64,000 nucleotides of DNA from Clostridia bacterium (GCA_017616435.1 JAFZYC010000045.1:59541-123540); one strand, 5' to 3'. Shown: positions 8,029 through 17,001, numbered from the stretch's first letter. The notes: generated by a model not told the origin, from the letters alone. Numbers and translations: made by a program.

Positions 8029-8937
8029 TCAGTCGATCTGGGTAGCGGTTGCGATCACGTTGAGCTCGATATCCGTGATGCAGGCGGCGTCTTCGATAAC
8101 ACCGGCCGCGACGTTGCCGATATAGGTGTCGGCCTTGTCGTTGCACCATGTCACGTCATCGTTGTTCTCGAAGGACCAGGTCCATTCGAGGGTGAAGGTG
8201 TAATCCATCTCACAGCCGGGCTCGAAGTCCATGGAGATCGCGAAATACTCATCGGTGTCGGTGAACTGAACGTTCTGAGCGCCGGATACCATATCCATCA
8301 GGATACCCTTGAGGATATTCTGATAGGTGGTGTTGGACATGATGGCGATCGCGTCGGTAGCGGAAGCGCCAACGGGGGTGAGACCCGCATTGGCAGCGCC
8401 GGGATGCGCCTCAAGCAGCGCGGAGAGCAGATAGCTCGTGCCGTTGGAGTTGCTTACGCCGACGTCCCACTTGAGGGGAGCGTAGTCCTTATCGAGATCG
8501 AAGGTGTCATGATAGTCCCAAACGCCGTCCTTCTCATAGAAGTAGGTGTAATCGGTGTATCCCTCTCCCGCGGGGAGAACGATATCCTTGAAGCTATCTT
8601 TCATGATCTTCAGCTCGTAGCGAACGGCGACCTCGGGGGTGCCGGTGATAGTGCCGGTGAAGCCATCCTTATGAGTGCCGGGAGCGACTACATTGTCGCC
8701 GTTATCCGATTTTACGGAAAGGCCTTCGTAGCCGTTGGTGTCGTCGGTCTCATACTCGCTCTCGAACAGAGGAGTGCCGGCGGCGGTAAGAAGAATGCCC
8801 CACTTGGCGACGCGGGCGTTGTCCTCGCCCTGAGCCTTGGTAACATACTTTGCAAAGGTGCTGCCGACGAAGCAGCTGGTGATCAGCGTGAGAGCCAGCA
8901 TAAGAGCAGCGACCTTGGCGATCCAATTCTTCTTCAT
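8029..8937 (-). CDS. TasA/camelysin-like secreted protein with a SipW-cognate-type signal peptide (putative major subunit)
   Basis: The track ORF starts at 9075. The internal ATG at 8937 has an AGGAGGAACAATTCA RBS and gives MKKNWIAKVAALMLALTLITSCFVGSTFAKYVT, comparable to TasA ..GGGTWAAF. Other motifs: APGT, WTWSFE, C-terminal ATATQID. 303 aa. Confidence 0.75.
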   Translation of the reverse strand: MKKNWIAKVAALMLALTLITSCFVGSTFAKYVTKAQGEDNARVAKWGILLTAAGTPLFESEYETDDTNGYEGLSVKSDNGDNVVAPGTHKDGFTGTITGTPEVAVRYELKIMKDSFKDIVLPAGEGYTDYTYFYEKDGVWDYHDTFDLDKDYAPLKWDVGVSNSNGTSYLLSALLEAHPGAANAGLTPVGASATDAIAIMSNTTYQNILKGILMDMVSGAQNVQFTDTDEYFAISMDFEPGCEMDYTFTLEWTWSFENNDDVTWCNDKADTYIGNVAAGVIEDAACITDIELNVIATATQID

Positions 8938-9136
8938 TGAATTGTTCCTCCTGTTGATCTTATTCGGGCAGTCCGTCTGCCCCGGGTATTGATCCCCAGG
9001 GGCGGGCGCCCTTGGAGCAATGTCGGGCCTTTGCTTCCCCGCCGACGTGGCTTCGGCGCGGGACGCGCGGTCCATTTATATCGCTGCTGCACCGCCGTGG
9101 CAACGACGCATGCAGTAATATACGTAAACTTACGGC

Positions 9137-9964
9137 TTATCTGCCGTCTTCCGCGGCCTTTCTTTCCTCAAGTTCCTTCGCCATCTTGCGGAGCCTTTCG
9201 AGCTCCTCCTCCAGAGCCTCGGTCTTCTTGTCCCTGCCCTTGGAGGAACGGGCCCTGCGGATCATGTCGTAGATTATGAACGCGAGCACCGGCACGCCGA
9301 TGAATATCACCATGCCGAGGGGCTTCTGCAGGAAGTAGATGAAATCGCCCAGCGCGGGTATCCTCGAAGCATATCTGCCGACGACCTTGTCCGCGGGGAC
9401 GGGATCGCCCGTATCCTCTGAATTGTTCGCGTCGCCCTTCGTTACAAAGGAGAGCTTGCCGCCCTCGTTCACGACGCGGATTATCCTATGCGTCACAACG
9501 GAGCTGTTCTCCATGAAGGATATCACGTCGCCGACCTTGAGTTCAGATGGCTCGACCGCTTTGGAGAATATGAGATCGCCGACCTCGATATGATCCTTTA
9601 CCGGCCTCTCGACGAGATAGAAGGGATCCTCCGAACCCGCGGCGTTCACGCTCACTATCACGTTCTCTATCTTAAGATCGCCGGCCTTTGTATAGACCTT
9701 GTCGCCGGGCTTGAGCGCGGATATCTCCGCCTGTGTGATATCCACGAGCTCGCTGCTGTGCACCGTGTGCTGCACGTCGCTGCTCATGGACCCTGATTTG
9801 ACCACAAGGGGCGTCACTCCGAACACGGAGGGCGGTACGTCACTATTTATAAGGCCCTTTATTATTATGGTAAGGTTAAAGAGCAGCATCAGCCCGAAAA
9901 CGACGCAGAGCAGTATGCCGACCGCCGATAATATGCCGTTCAACGTCTTGCCGGTTCTTTTCAT
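9137..9964 (-). CDS. sipW: Signal peptidase I, SipW type, with a roughly 60-aa insertion between the catalytic Ser and His regions
   Basis: 275 aa. Motifs are KSGSMSS, VTHRIIRV and KGDANNSED. It has N- and C-terminal TM segments and a coiled-coil tail EALEEELERLRKMAKELEERK. RBS is GGAGGAAAA. Confidence 0.75.
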   Translation of the reverse strand: MKRTGKTLNGILSAVGILLCVVFGLMLLFNLTIIIKGLINSDVPPSVFGVTPLVVKSGSMSSDVQHTVHSSELVDITQAEISALKPGDKVYTKAGDLKIENVIVSVNAAGSEDPFYLVERPVKDHIEVGDLIFSKAVEPSELKVGDVISFMENSSVVTHRIIRVVNEGGKLSFVTKGDANNSEDTGDPVPADKVVGRYASRIPALGDFIYFLQKPLGMVIFIGVPVLAFIIYDMIRRARSSKGRDKKTEALEEELERLRKMAKELEERKAAEDGR

Positions 9965-10033
9965 TTTTCCTCCGATTCAGCGCTGTGCATGCCCCCGACG
10001 GGATACCTTACGCAAGAATATATTGCTCATATA

Positions 10034-10062
10034 ATAGTACCACATAACCCGCCTTGTTTCAA
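10034..10062 (-). promoter_or_regulatory. Candidate sigma-A-type promoter for the SipW locus
   Basis: On the minus strand: TTGAAA (10062-10057), 17 nt spacer, TACTAT (10039-10034). It lies about 70 nt upstream of ATG 9964. Confidence 0.3.
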
Positions 10063-10128
10063 GTAGTTAATTTGTCATTTTTAAGTTTCTTCGTTTCTTT
10101 TTTCTTTGGGAAAAGCCGGAATGCGAAT

Positions 10129-10164
10129 AAAAAAAACGGCCCTCGCGTCCGCGCCGCGGGGCCG
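10129..10164 (-). terminator. Rho-independent terminator after the four-gene small-protein operon
   Basis: Arms cggccc (10137-10142) and gggccg (10159-10164) flank a GC-rich loop. A run of 8 T follows on the minus strand (10129-10136). Confidence 0.65.
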
Positions 10165-10190
10165 ATCTTTATGTGCCGTTTACAGACTTG

Positions 10191-10403
10191 TCACTGTTTC
10201 TTGTACCTGTCCGCAAGGTTCTCCGTTTTGGCGGGCTGTTCAGCCTTCTGCCTTTGGACAGCCTTGTTGCGGAACGCGTCGGAGGTCTTGTCGACGACCT
10301 TGTTTCCGATAAAGCCCGTGATGAGCATGACGCCCGCGATTATCGCGGCGAATATCGCAAATATAGCGCCGTTCGACAGCTTAAGAAATACCGGAAAAAC
10401 CAT
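10191..10403 (-). CDS. Small membrane protein, unknown function
   Basis: 70 aa with one hydrophobic helix (AIFAIFAAIIAGVMLITGFIG) and a basic tail. It lies 11 nt downstream of the preceding gene. Confidence 0.55.
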   Translation of the reverse strand: MVFPVFLKLSNGAIFAIFAAIIAGVMLITGFIGNKVVDKTSDAFRNKAVQRQKAEQPAKTENLADRYKKQ

Positions 10404-10414
10404 GGCGCCCTCCT

Positions 10415-10936
10415 TCAGAACAGATGATGCTTTGTCTTGAGCTCGAGGGGAACGGTCGTGACCTGCGTGTTCGCGTCGAAGGAGATGAACATCTTTTCGA
10501 CGGCGGTAAGGAGCATGTTCATGTGCGTATCGTACTGCGCGCTGCCGTTGCTCGTCTTCCAGTTGGTGAACTCGAAGCGATAGGCGGCCTTTTCATCCGC
10601 GCTCTGCCTGTAAAGCTGCGCGCCCCAGTTAAGGCCCGTGAACACGAACTGCTGTTTTGCGCTGCTGCCCTTCATGGAAACGCGCATCTCGCTGTAATTG
10701 AACGCCTTTACCGCCTCTGCCACCGCATCGGGATCGGGAGTTTTCAGCGTAAATATCTCTGCGCTTTTCATGAAGTCGGATTTCCTCAGTATTATCTTGC
10801 CCTCGTCGATGAGCTTGTTGCGGTTCTTGATGCTGAAATAGAACAGACCGCCCAAGACCGCGACCGCGGCGATTATGATAATGGCCGTCATGGTCGGGTT
10901 CGAGGTCCTCAAAAGTACTGCTGCAAAAATGCTCAT
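10415..10936 (-). CDS. Membrane-anchored protein, unknown function
   Basis: 173 aa with an N-terminal TM segment (TAIIIIAAVAVLGGLFYF) and a soluble mixed alpha/beta body. Codon usage is consistent with the neighbours. Confidence 0.6.
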   Translation of the reverse strand: MSIFAAVLLRTSNPTMTAIIIIAAVAVLGGLFYFSIKNRNKLIDEGKIILRKSDFMKSAEIFTLKTPDPDAVAEAVKAFNYSEMRVSMKGSSAKQQFVFTGLNWGAQLYRQSADEKAAYRFEFTNWKTSNGSAQYDTHMNMLLTAVEKMFISFDANTQVTTVPLELKTKHHLF

Positions 10937-10945
10937 AGCTTCTCC

Positions 10946-11260
10946 TTACTGCTTTTCAAAAACCGTGCCGCCGATGACGATCATCTTGCCGGACTTCGAG
11001 AAAGGCTGGCTCCATGTGTACTCCTGCCCGAGAAGGGTGTATGTGATGTAGATGGTGTCGCCCTTGATCTTATACGTGCCGTTGGCGTTCACGCCGAAGG
11101 CGGACATGGTAACGTTATCGCCGCTGAACGTGAACGTCTGCGCAATGAGCCCGGAGGATTTGTACGTGCCGTTGAGCTTCCCTCCGGAGCAGCCGGCGAA
11201 GGCCGCGGCGGTCAGCACCGCCATTATGAGGCATATCGCCCTGACGGAAGCCCTATTCAT
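10946..11260 (-). CDS. Small lipoprotein, unknown function
   Basis: 104 aa. Signal peptide with lipobox AAFAGC|SGG. Confidence 0.65.
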   Translation of the reverse strand: MNRASVRAICLIMAVLTAAAFAGCSGGKLNGTYKSSGLIAQTFTFSGDNVTMSAFGVNANGTYKIKGDTIYITYTLLGQEYTWSQPFSKSGKMIVIGGTVFEKQ

Positions 11261-11496
11261 TTGTTCTCTCCGTTCTTCTGCTGCCTGCGCTTTTCGTATG
11301 CCCTGGAGGCGGCGTCCGCGGCGGCGTCCACGCCCTTGCCTATCGCCTTTTCGATGAGGCGGATGACTATGAAGCCGACTATCGATACGCCGATGAAGGC
11401 CAGTATGCCGAGCACGAGCTTCTGGGTCGATACCCAGACCAGCAGACCTACGAGGAAGCCGATGATGATCGAGTTATAAGCATAAGTTTTTCCCAT
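11257..11496 (-). CDS. Small two-TM membrane protein, unknown function
   Basis: 79 aa with two hydrophobic segments. ATGA overlap with the downstream lipoprotein gene. Confidence 0.55.
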   Translation of the reverse strand: MGKTYAYNSIIIGFLVGLLVWVSTQKLVLGILAFIGVSIVGFIVIRLIEKAIGKGVDAAADAASRAYEKRRQQKNGENK

Positions 11497-11660
11497 AGAT
11501 ACCCTCCTATTTTTCAGGCTCGATGTTTTTCGGGCCCGGTCGAGGTCAGCCCGGGAGCCGTTTAATATATTAAATTATAGCACCGCGCTCCGTCAAAATC
11601 AAGGCAAAGAGCGCCGGTTTTCAAAATATTGCGTTTTGTCTCCGGCCTTCCCTGTGCATG

Positions 11661-11689
11661 AAAAAAGCGCCCGCGATAAACGCGGGCGC
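11661..11689 (-). terminator. Rho-independent terminator after the ABC exporter operon
   Basis: Arms gcgcccgcg (11667-11675) and cgcgggcgc (11681-11689). A T6 run follows on the minus strand (11661-11666). Confidence 0.75.
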
Positions 11690-11701
11690 CGTATACCCTT
11701 A

Positions 11702-13648
11702 TCAGCTCAGTTCGAATGCGCCGGTATAGAGCTTGTAATACCTTCCCTTCATGTTGAGGAGCTCCTTATGGTCGCCGCGTTCGATTATCTTGCCGTGCTC
11801 CAGCACCATTATCGCGTTGGAGTTGCGTACGGTCGAGAGCCTGTGAGCGATGACGAACACCGTCCTGCCGTTCATAAGCTCATCCATGCCCTTCTCGATC
11901 AGTGACTCCGTCCTAGTGTCGATGGAGCTCGTCGCCTCGTCGAGTATCAGCACGGGCGGATCCGCGACCGCAGCCCTCGCTATCGCGATGAGCTGGCGCT
12001 GCCCCTGCGAGAGGTTCTCGCCGTCGTCGACGATCATGGTATCGTACCTCTGCGGCAGATGCATTATGAACGAGTGCGCGTTCGCGAGCTTCGCCGCGCG
12101 TATGACCTCGTCGTCCGTCGCGTCCTTGCGGCCGTAGCGGATGTTTTCCATGACCGTGCCCGTGAACAGGTGCGTATCCTGCAGCACCATCGCGAGGCTT
12201 CGCCTGAGGTCGTCCTTCCTTATGTCGCGGATGTTGAAGCCGTCGTAGGTTATGACGCCCTCCTGCACGTCGTAGAAGCGGTTTATGAGGTTCGTTATCG
12301 TCGTCTTGCCCGCGCCGGTCGAGCCGACGAAGGCGATCTTCTGGCCGGGCTTTGCGTAGAGGCTGATATCGTCCAGAACGATCTTCTTGCCGTCATAGCT
12401 GAACGTGACGTCGTCGAACACCACATGGCCGCGCACGCGGGTGAGGCTGCCGTCCGGCGCCTTCCATGCCCAAACGTCCGTGCGCTCCTCACACTCTGTG
12501 AGCGAGCCGTCGTCTTCGAGCCTCGCGTTGACGAGACGTATCGTACCCTCGTCCTCCTCCGGCTCCTCGTCGATCAGCGCGAATATCCTTTCGGCTCCCG
12601 CGAGGGCGGAGAGTATGGAGTTGAACTGCTGGCTCATCATGGTTATCGGGCGGGAGAAGTTCCTCGTGTACTGTAGGAACGTCACGAGGCTGCCGACGGA
12701 GAGCGTTATGAGCGCGGGGTAATCGCCCCTGAGCCCCGCGACCACCATGAGCGTACCGAGCAGAGCGGTGATCGCGTACTGGATGTAGCTGAGGTTGCCC
12801 ATAATGGGCATGAGTATGCTCGCCCATGTATTGGCTCCGGCCTCCGCGCGGCGCAGATCGTCGTTGAGCTTTGCGAAATTGCCGTTGATGCGCTCCTCGC
12901 GGCAGAAGACCTTTACGACCTTCTGGCCCTCCGCCATCTCCTCTATATAGCCGTTGGCCACGCCGAGGGCGGCCTGACGCTTTTTATAGAACGCGCCGCT
13001 CTTCTTTGCGAGGGCCTTGACGACGAGTATCATGAGCACGAGCATCACGACCGTTATCACCGTGAGCGCGGGGCTCAGAACGACCATCATTACGAATACG
13101 CTCGTTACCCTCAAAAGGCTGTCGATGAGGTTCGGTATGCTCTGGCTCAGCATCTCGCGCATGGAGTCGGTATCGTTGGTGTAGCGGCTCATTATCTCGC
13201 CGTGGGTGCGCGAATCGAAGTACTTTATCGGCAGCTTCTGCATCTTGCTGAACATCTCCTTGCGGATGTCGAGCAGTATGCCGGTCGATACCCTGAGCAT
13301 CAGCCTCGCGTTCAAAAACACGCAGACCACGCCGACAAGATACACTATCGCCATGCGAAGTATGTGCCTGCCGAACGCCGCCCAGCGCTCCGCGGTCGCG
13401 CCGTTTTCGAGCATGGGCGTTATATGATCGTCGACGAGGGGCTTGAGCTGCGCCGTGCCGAATACGTTGGCTTCGGCGGCGACGATTATGCAGACCGTAA
13501 CGAGCAGGAGTATCAGCGCGTACGGTTTGAAGTATTTGATGAGCCTTAAGAATGTCCCCTTTGTGTTCTTGGGCTTGGCGAATCTGGCCATATTGCGGGC
13601 TCCCGGTCCGCGCGCTACTCTTTCGGATGCTTTGGGTGCGTTGCTCAT
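11702..13648 (-). CDS. ABC exporter, fused permease/ATPase (multidrug-type half transporter)
   Basis: 648 aa with an N-terminal 6-TM domain. Walker A GSTGAGKTT, signature LSQGQRQ, Walker B VLILDEATS. Confidence 0.9.
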   Translation of the reverse strand: MSNAPKASERVARGPGARNMARFAKPKNTKGTFLRLIKYFKPYALILLLVTVCIIVAAEANVFGTAQLKPLVDDHITPMLENGATAERWAAFGRHILRMAIVYLVGVVCVFLNARLMLRVSTGILLDIRKEMFSKMQKLPIKYFDSRTHGEIMSRYTNDTDSMREMLSQSIPNLIDSLLRVTSVFVMMVVLSPALTVITVVMLVLMILVVKALAKKSGAFYKKRQAALGVANGYIEEMAEGQKVVKVFCREERINGNFAKLNDDLRRAEAGANTWASILMPIMGNLSYIQYAITALLGTLMVVAGLRGDYPALITLSVGSLVTFLQYTRNFSRPITMMSQQFNSILSALAGAERIFALIDEEPEEDEGTIRLVNARLEDDGSLTECEERTDVWAWKAPDGSLTRVRGHVVFDDVTFSYDGKKIVLDDISLYAKPGQKIAFVGSTGAGKTTITNLINRFYDVQEGVITYDGFNIRDIRKDDLRRSLAMVLQDTHLFTGTVMENIRYGRKDATDDEVIRAAKLANAHSFIMHLPQRYDTMIVDDGENLSQGQRQLIAIARAAVADPPVLILDEATSSIDTRTESLIEKGMDELMNGRTVFVIAHRLSTVRNSNAIMVLEHGKIIERGDHKELLNMKGRYYKLYTGAFELS

Positions 13649-15384
13649 TCCTCTTCGCCTCCTCTCATCTGGGAATCGTAGACCTCCCGGTAGATCTCGT
13701 TCGTTTCGAGCAGCCTCTGCGGCGTGTCGAAGGCGACGAGCTTGCCGTCGTCCATGACCATTACCCGGTCGGCGTCCATAACGGAAGCGATGCGCTGGGC
13801 GATTATGAACGTGGTCGTGCCGGCGAGCTGTGTCCTCAGCGCGCTCCTTATCGCGGCGTCCGTCGCGGTATCGCAGGCGGAGGTCGAATCGTCCAGTATC
13901 ACGACCTTGGGATCCTTCAGAAGCGCCCTCGCGATGCAGAGGCGCTGCTTCTGCCCGCCGGAGACGTTGACGCCGCCCTGGCCGAGATCCGTCTTGTAGC
14001 CTTCCGGGAAGCTCATTATGAAATCATGCGCCTGCGCCGCGCGGCACGCCGCCTCGATCTCCTCCTGCGTGGCGTTCTCGTTGCCCCATCTCAGGTTATC
14101 CTCGATCGTGCCGGAGAAGAGCAGGTTGGTCTGGAGCACCATAGCGACCTTGTCGCGGAGCGAATGGAGCTTATACTCCCTGACGTCGTGCCCGCCGACG
14201 AGCACCTGCCCGTCGAGCACCTCGTAAAGCCTCGGGATCAGCTGCACTAAGGTCGTCTTCGCGGAGCCCGTGCCGCCGATAATGCCTATCGTCTCGCCCG
14301 AGCGTACGGAGAAGCTGACGTTTTCCAGCGTGAGGTTTTCGGGGTTCTTGCTGTATGAGAAATCGACGTCCCTGAACTCCACGCTGCCGTCCGTCACCTG
14401 AAGCTCGGGATCCGCGCCGTCGTCGGAGATGTCTATCTGCTCATCAAGTATCTCCACTATGCGCTTCTGCGAGGCGCGCGTGATAATGAAGCTCACGAAC
14501 ACCATCGAGAGCATCATCACGCTCGAAAGTATCTGGCCGATGTAGGCGAGGAAGCCCGTAAGGTCGCCGACGCCCATCCTGCCGCCGACGATGAGTTTTC
14601 CGCCGAAGAAGCAGACGGCGATTATCGCGCCGTAGAATATGAGCTGCGAGAGCGGGTTGTTCCAGATGACTATCCTTTCCGCGGCTAGCTGCGCCTTCCT
14701 GAGCGCGACTGCGGAATCCTCGAAGCTCACGTTCTCGTCGTCGCCCTTGACGAACGCCTTTACAACGCGTATCGCGATCAGGTTCTCCTGCACTCTCGCG
14801 TTCATGAGGTCGAGCTTCGCGAGCATCTTTTCGAAATACGGATGCGCCTTTATCATTATGAACAGCATTATCCCCGCGAGCAGCGGTATCGCGACGGCGA
14901 ACACTATGGAGAGCCTCGCGTTGACAGCCACGGCGAAGCAGAACGCCGTTATCATTATGATGAAGTTCCTTACCGTCATCCTTATAAGGATGGTGAAAAG
15001 GTTCTGTATGTTCGTGACGTCGGTGGTGAGCCTTGTGACGATGCTCGCGCTCGAGAACTTATCGACGTTCGCGAACGAGAAATCCTGCACCTTGCGGAAG
15101 AGCATGTTCCTGAGGTTAGAGGCGAATCCCGTGCCCGCGACCGCGGCGAGCCTTGCGCAGAGCGCGCCGGATAAAAGCGCGAATATCGCCATCAGTATCA
15201 TGAGTCCGCCGTATGTGAGTATCACATTCATACGCGGATCCGCGACCTCTATGCCCTCCCTTATGAGCTTCGTCATTAGATACGGTATCAGTATCTCGAG
15301 CACGCCCTCCAGTATTATCATGAGGGACGCGCCTATGGTCTGTTTTTCATATCCGCGCACGGCGGGCAAAAGTTTCTTTATCAT
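13645..15384 (-). CDS. ABC exporter, fused permease/ATPase (partner half transporter)
   Basis: 579 aa. Walker A GGTGSAKTT, signature VSGGQKQR, Walker B VVILDDSTS. 4-nt overlaps with both neighbours. Confidence 0.9.
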   Translation of the reverse strand: MIKKLLPAVRGYEKQTIGASLMIILEGVLEILIPYLMTKLIREGIEVADPRMNVILTYGGLMILMAIFALLSGALCARLAAVAGTGFASNLRNMLFRKVQDFSFANVDKFSSASIVTRLTTDVTNIQNLFTILIRMTVRNFIIMITAFCFAVAVNARLSIVFAVAIPLLAGIMLFIMIKAHPYFEKMLAKLDLMNARVQENLIAIRVVKAFVKGDDENVSFEDSAVALRKAQLAAERIVIWNNPLSQLIFYGAIIAVCFFGGKLIVGGRMGVGDLTGFLAYIGQILSSVMMLSMVFVSFIITRASQKRIVEILDEQIDISDDGADPELQVTDGSVEFRDVDFSYSKNPENLTLENVSFSVRSGETIGIIGGTGSAKTTLVQLIPRLYEVLDGQVLVGGHDVREYKLHSLRDKVAMVLQTNLLFSGTIEDNLRWGNENATQEEIEAACRAAQAHDFIMSFPEGYKTDLGQGGVNVSGGQKQRLCIARALLKDPKVVILDDSTSACDTATDAAIRSALRTQLAGTTTFIIAQRIASVMDADRVMVMDDGKLVAFDTPQRLLETNEIYREVYDSQMRGGEEE

Positions 15385-15923
15385 TTCAAAGGCCCTTCGG
15401 CTCCCTTGGGGGCCGTCCTTTCTTCCCTTTTATTCTCACCCATGCCGGCTTCGAGGAGCTTTGAAAGCTCCATGTTGTTCATCCCGCCGGTGTCCGAGGA
15501 TTCGAGATTCTCTATAGTCCGCGAAAGAAGCTCCGAAAGGAGCGCCTTCTCCTCCTCTGAAAAGCCGCTCGTCATGCTGCTCTCCAGCATATCGAACACC
15601 CTGCGGCAGTTCGCGGCGGCCTCCTCCCCCAAAGCGGTCACGTGCAGGCTGTTGGCGCGCAGGTTGCCCTTGCAGACGGCGCGCTCTATAAAGCCCGCGG
15701 CCTCCATGCGCTTCAGGCTCTGCGCCACCGACGCGGGCGATACCTGCATGCTGCCCGCAAGCTCCGCCTGCGTACAGCCCTCGTTGTTCTTTATGAACTC
15801 CATCATCCGCATCTGCGCGGGCGGTATGAGTTCCTTGTCCTGTGAGCGCAGATGGTATCGCATGAGCAGGTCTATCCTGTGCAGCTTTGCGCCCAGACGG
15901 CAGTTTTTCTTCATTTCTTCCAT
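15381..15923 (-). CDS. MarR-family transcriptional regulator
   Basis: 180 aa. Winged-HTH pattern CTQAELAGSMQVSPASVAQSLKRMEAAGFIER. It is the first gene of the MarR-ABC-ABC operon. Confidence 0.8.
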   Translation of the reverse strand: MEEMKKNCRLGAKLHRIDLLMRYHLRSQDKELIPPAQMRMMEFIKNNEGCTQAELAGSMQVSPASVAQSLKRMEAAGFIERAVCKGNLRANSLHVTALGEEAAANCRRVFDMLESSMTSGFSEEEKALLSELLSRTIENLESSDTGGMNNMELSKLLEAGMGENKREERTAPKGAEGPLK

Positions 15924-16113
15924 GTCTCCTTCCTGCCGAACAAAAGTTAAGCGGTTGATTATTAAGCGATTAACATTTTAACCCCGTCCGGCGCCGCTGT
16001 CAATACCCGCCCCTGCCGTTCCCGTAAATATATGTTTTCGCGCCGGGCGATTTACTTGGGGGCAAAAATATGCTATCATATCAAAAAATCCCGGCGAGGG
16101 GGAACGACCGAAT

Positions 16114-16743
16114 ATGAAACTCGTTATTGCTTCCGATATCCACGGCTCCGCGAAATACTGCGCGGAGCTCATAGAGGCTTTCGTCACGGAGGAGGCGGAC
16201 AAGCTCATACTCCTCGGCGACATACTCTATCACGGCCCGCGCAACGCCCTGCCGGATGGCTATGATCCGAAGGCCACAGCTCAGATGCTGAACGATCTTG
16301 CGGGCAAGGTCGCCGCCGTACGCGGCAACTGCGACGCGGAGATCGATCAGGCCGTGCTGAACTTCCCCATTATGGCGGATTACGCCCTGCTCTTCTGCGA
16401 AGGCCGCACGCTGTTTTTGACCCACGGGCATCTGTACGAGGGGGATGCGCGGCCGCCCCTTTCGGATGGCGACATACTGCTTTCGGGGCACACGCACGTG
16501 CCCGTATGCGAGGAGCGGGACGGGTACACAGTCTGCAACCCCGGTTCGGTATCGATACCCAAGGAGGGCTCGAACCGCGGCTACATACTGATCGACGGCG
16601 GCACCATGATTTGGAAGACGCTCTCGGGCGAGGAGTACATGCGATACCGCATAAAAAAGGGACGCGAGCGCTCGCTCACCTCCGCCGCTTTCGAGGCGGC
16701 GAAGAGCATGTTCGGCCGCATCAAGGCCAGAGGCGAAAAGTAA
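16114..16743 (+). CDS. yfcE: YfcE/MJ0936-family metallophosphoesterase (phosphodiesterase)
   Basis: 209 aa. Motifs SDIHG, GDILYHGPRN, GNCD and GHTH. Confidence 0.8.
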   Translation: MKLVIASDIHGSAKYCAELIEAFVTEEADKLILLGDILYHGPRNALPDGYDPKATAQMLNDLAGKVAAVRGNCDAEIDQAVLNFPIMADYALLFCEGRTLFLTHGHLYEGDARPPLSDGDILLSGHTHVPVCEERDGYTVCNPGSVSIPKEGSNRGYILIDGGTMIWKTLSGEEYMRYRIKKGRERSLTSAAFEAAKSMFGRIKARGEK

Positions 16744-16752
16744 CAGCAAAGA

Positions 16753-16782
16753 AGCCCCGCACACGGCGGGGCTTTTACATTT
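16753..16782 (+). terminator. Rho-independent terminator after yfcE
   Basis: Arms agccccgc (16753-16760) and gcggggct (16766-16773), followed by tttacatttt. Confidence 0.65.
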
Positions 16783-16788
16783 TATGGT

Positions 16789-17001
16789 TTATGCTCTGAC
16801 TGCTACCGCGTACATAAGGCTGTCGAACTCCGGCGGCGCGGAGGTCAGGCCCTTTTCGATGATCATAAGGCCGTTCCTTTTTATCTCTTCCTCGAAAGTG
16901 CGGAACGAGACCATCCTGCAGGACGTAGCCGCGACGAGCATCCTGCCCGTCGAGCACCTCGTAAAGCCTCGGGATGAGCTGTACTAAGGTCGTCTTCGCG
17001 G
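16789..17001 (-). pseudogene. Remnant of a third ABC exporter ATPase gene (Walker-A-proximal piece plus a short C-terminal end; frameshifted and 5'-truncated)
   Basis: 16942-17001 matches 14205-14264 inside ABC gene 13645-15384 in 58 of 60 nt (encoding AKTTLVQLIPRLYEVLDGQ). A 1-nt indel follows, and homology is lost beyond it. No start codon or TM domain remains. Confidence 0.55.
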
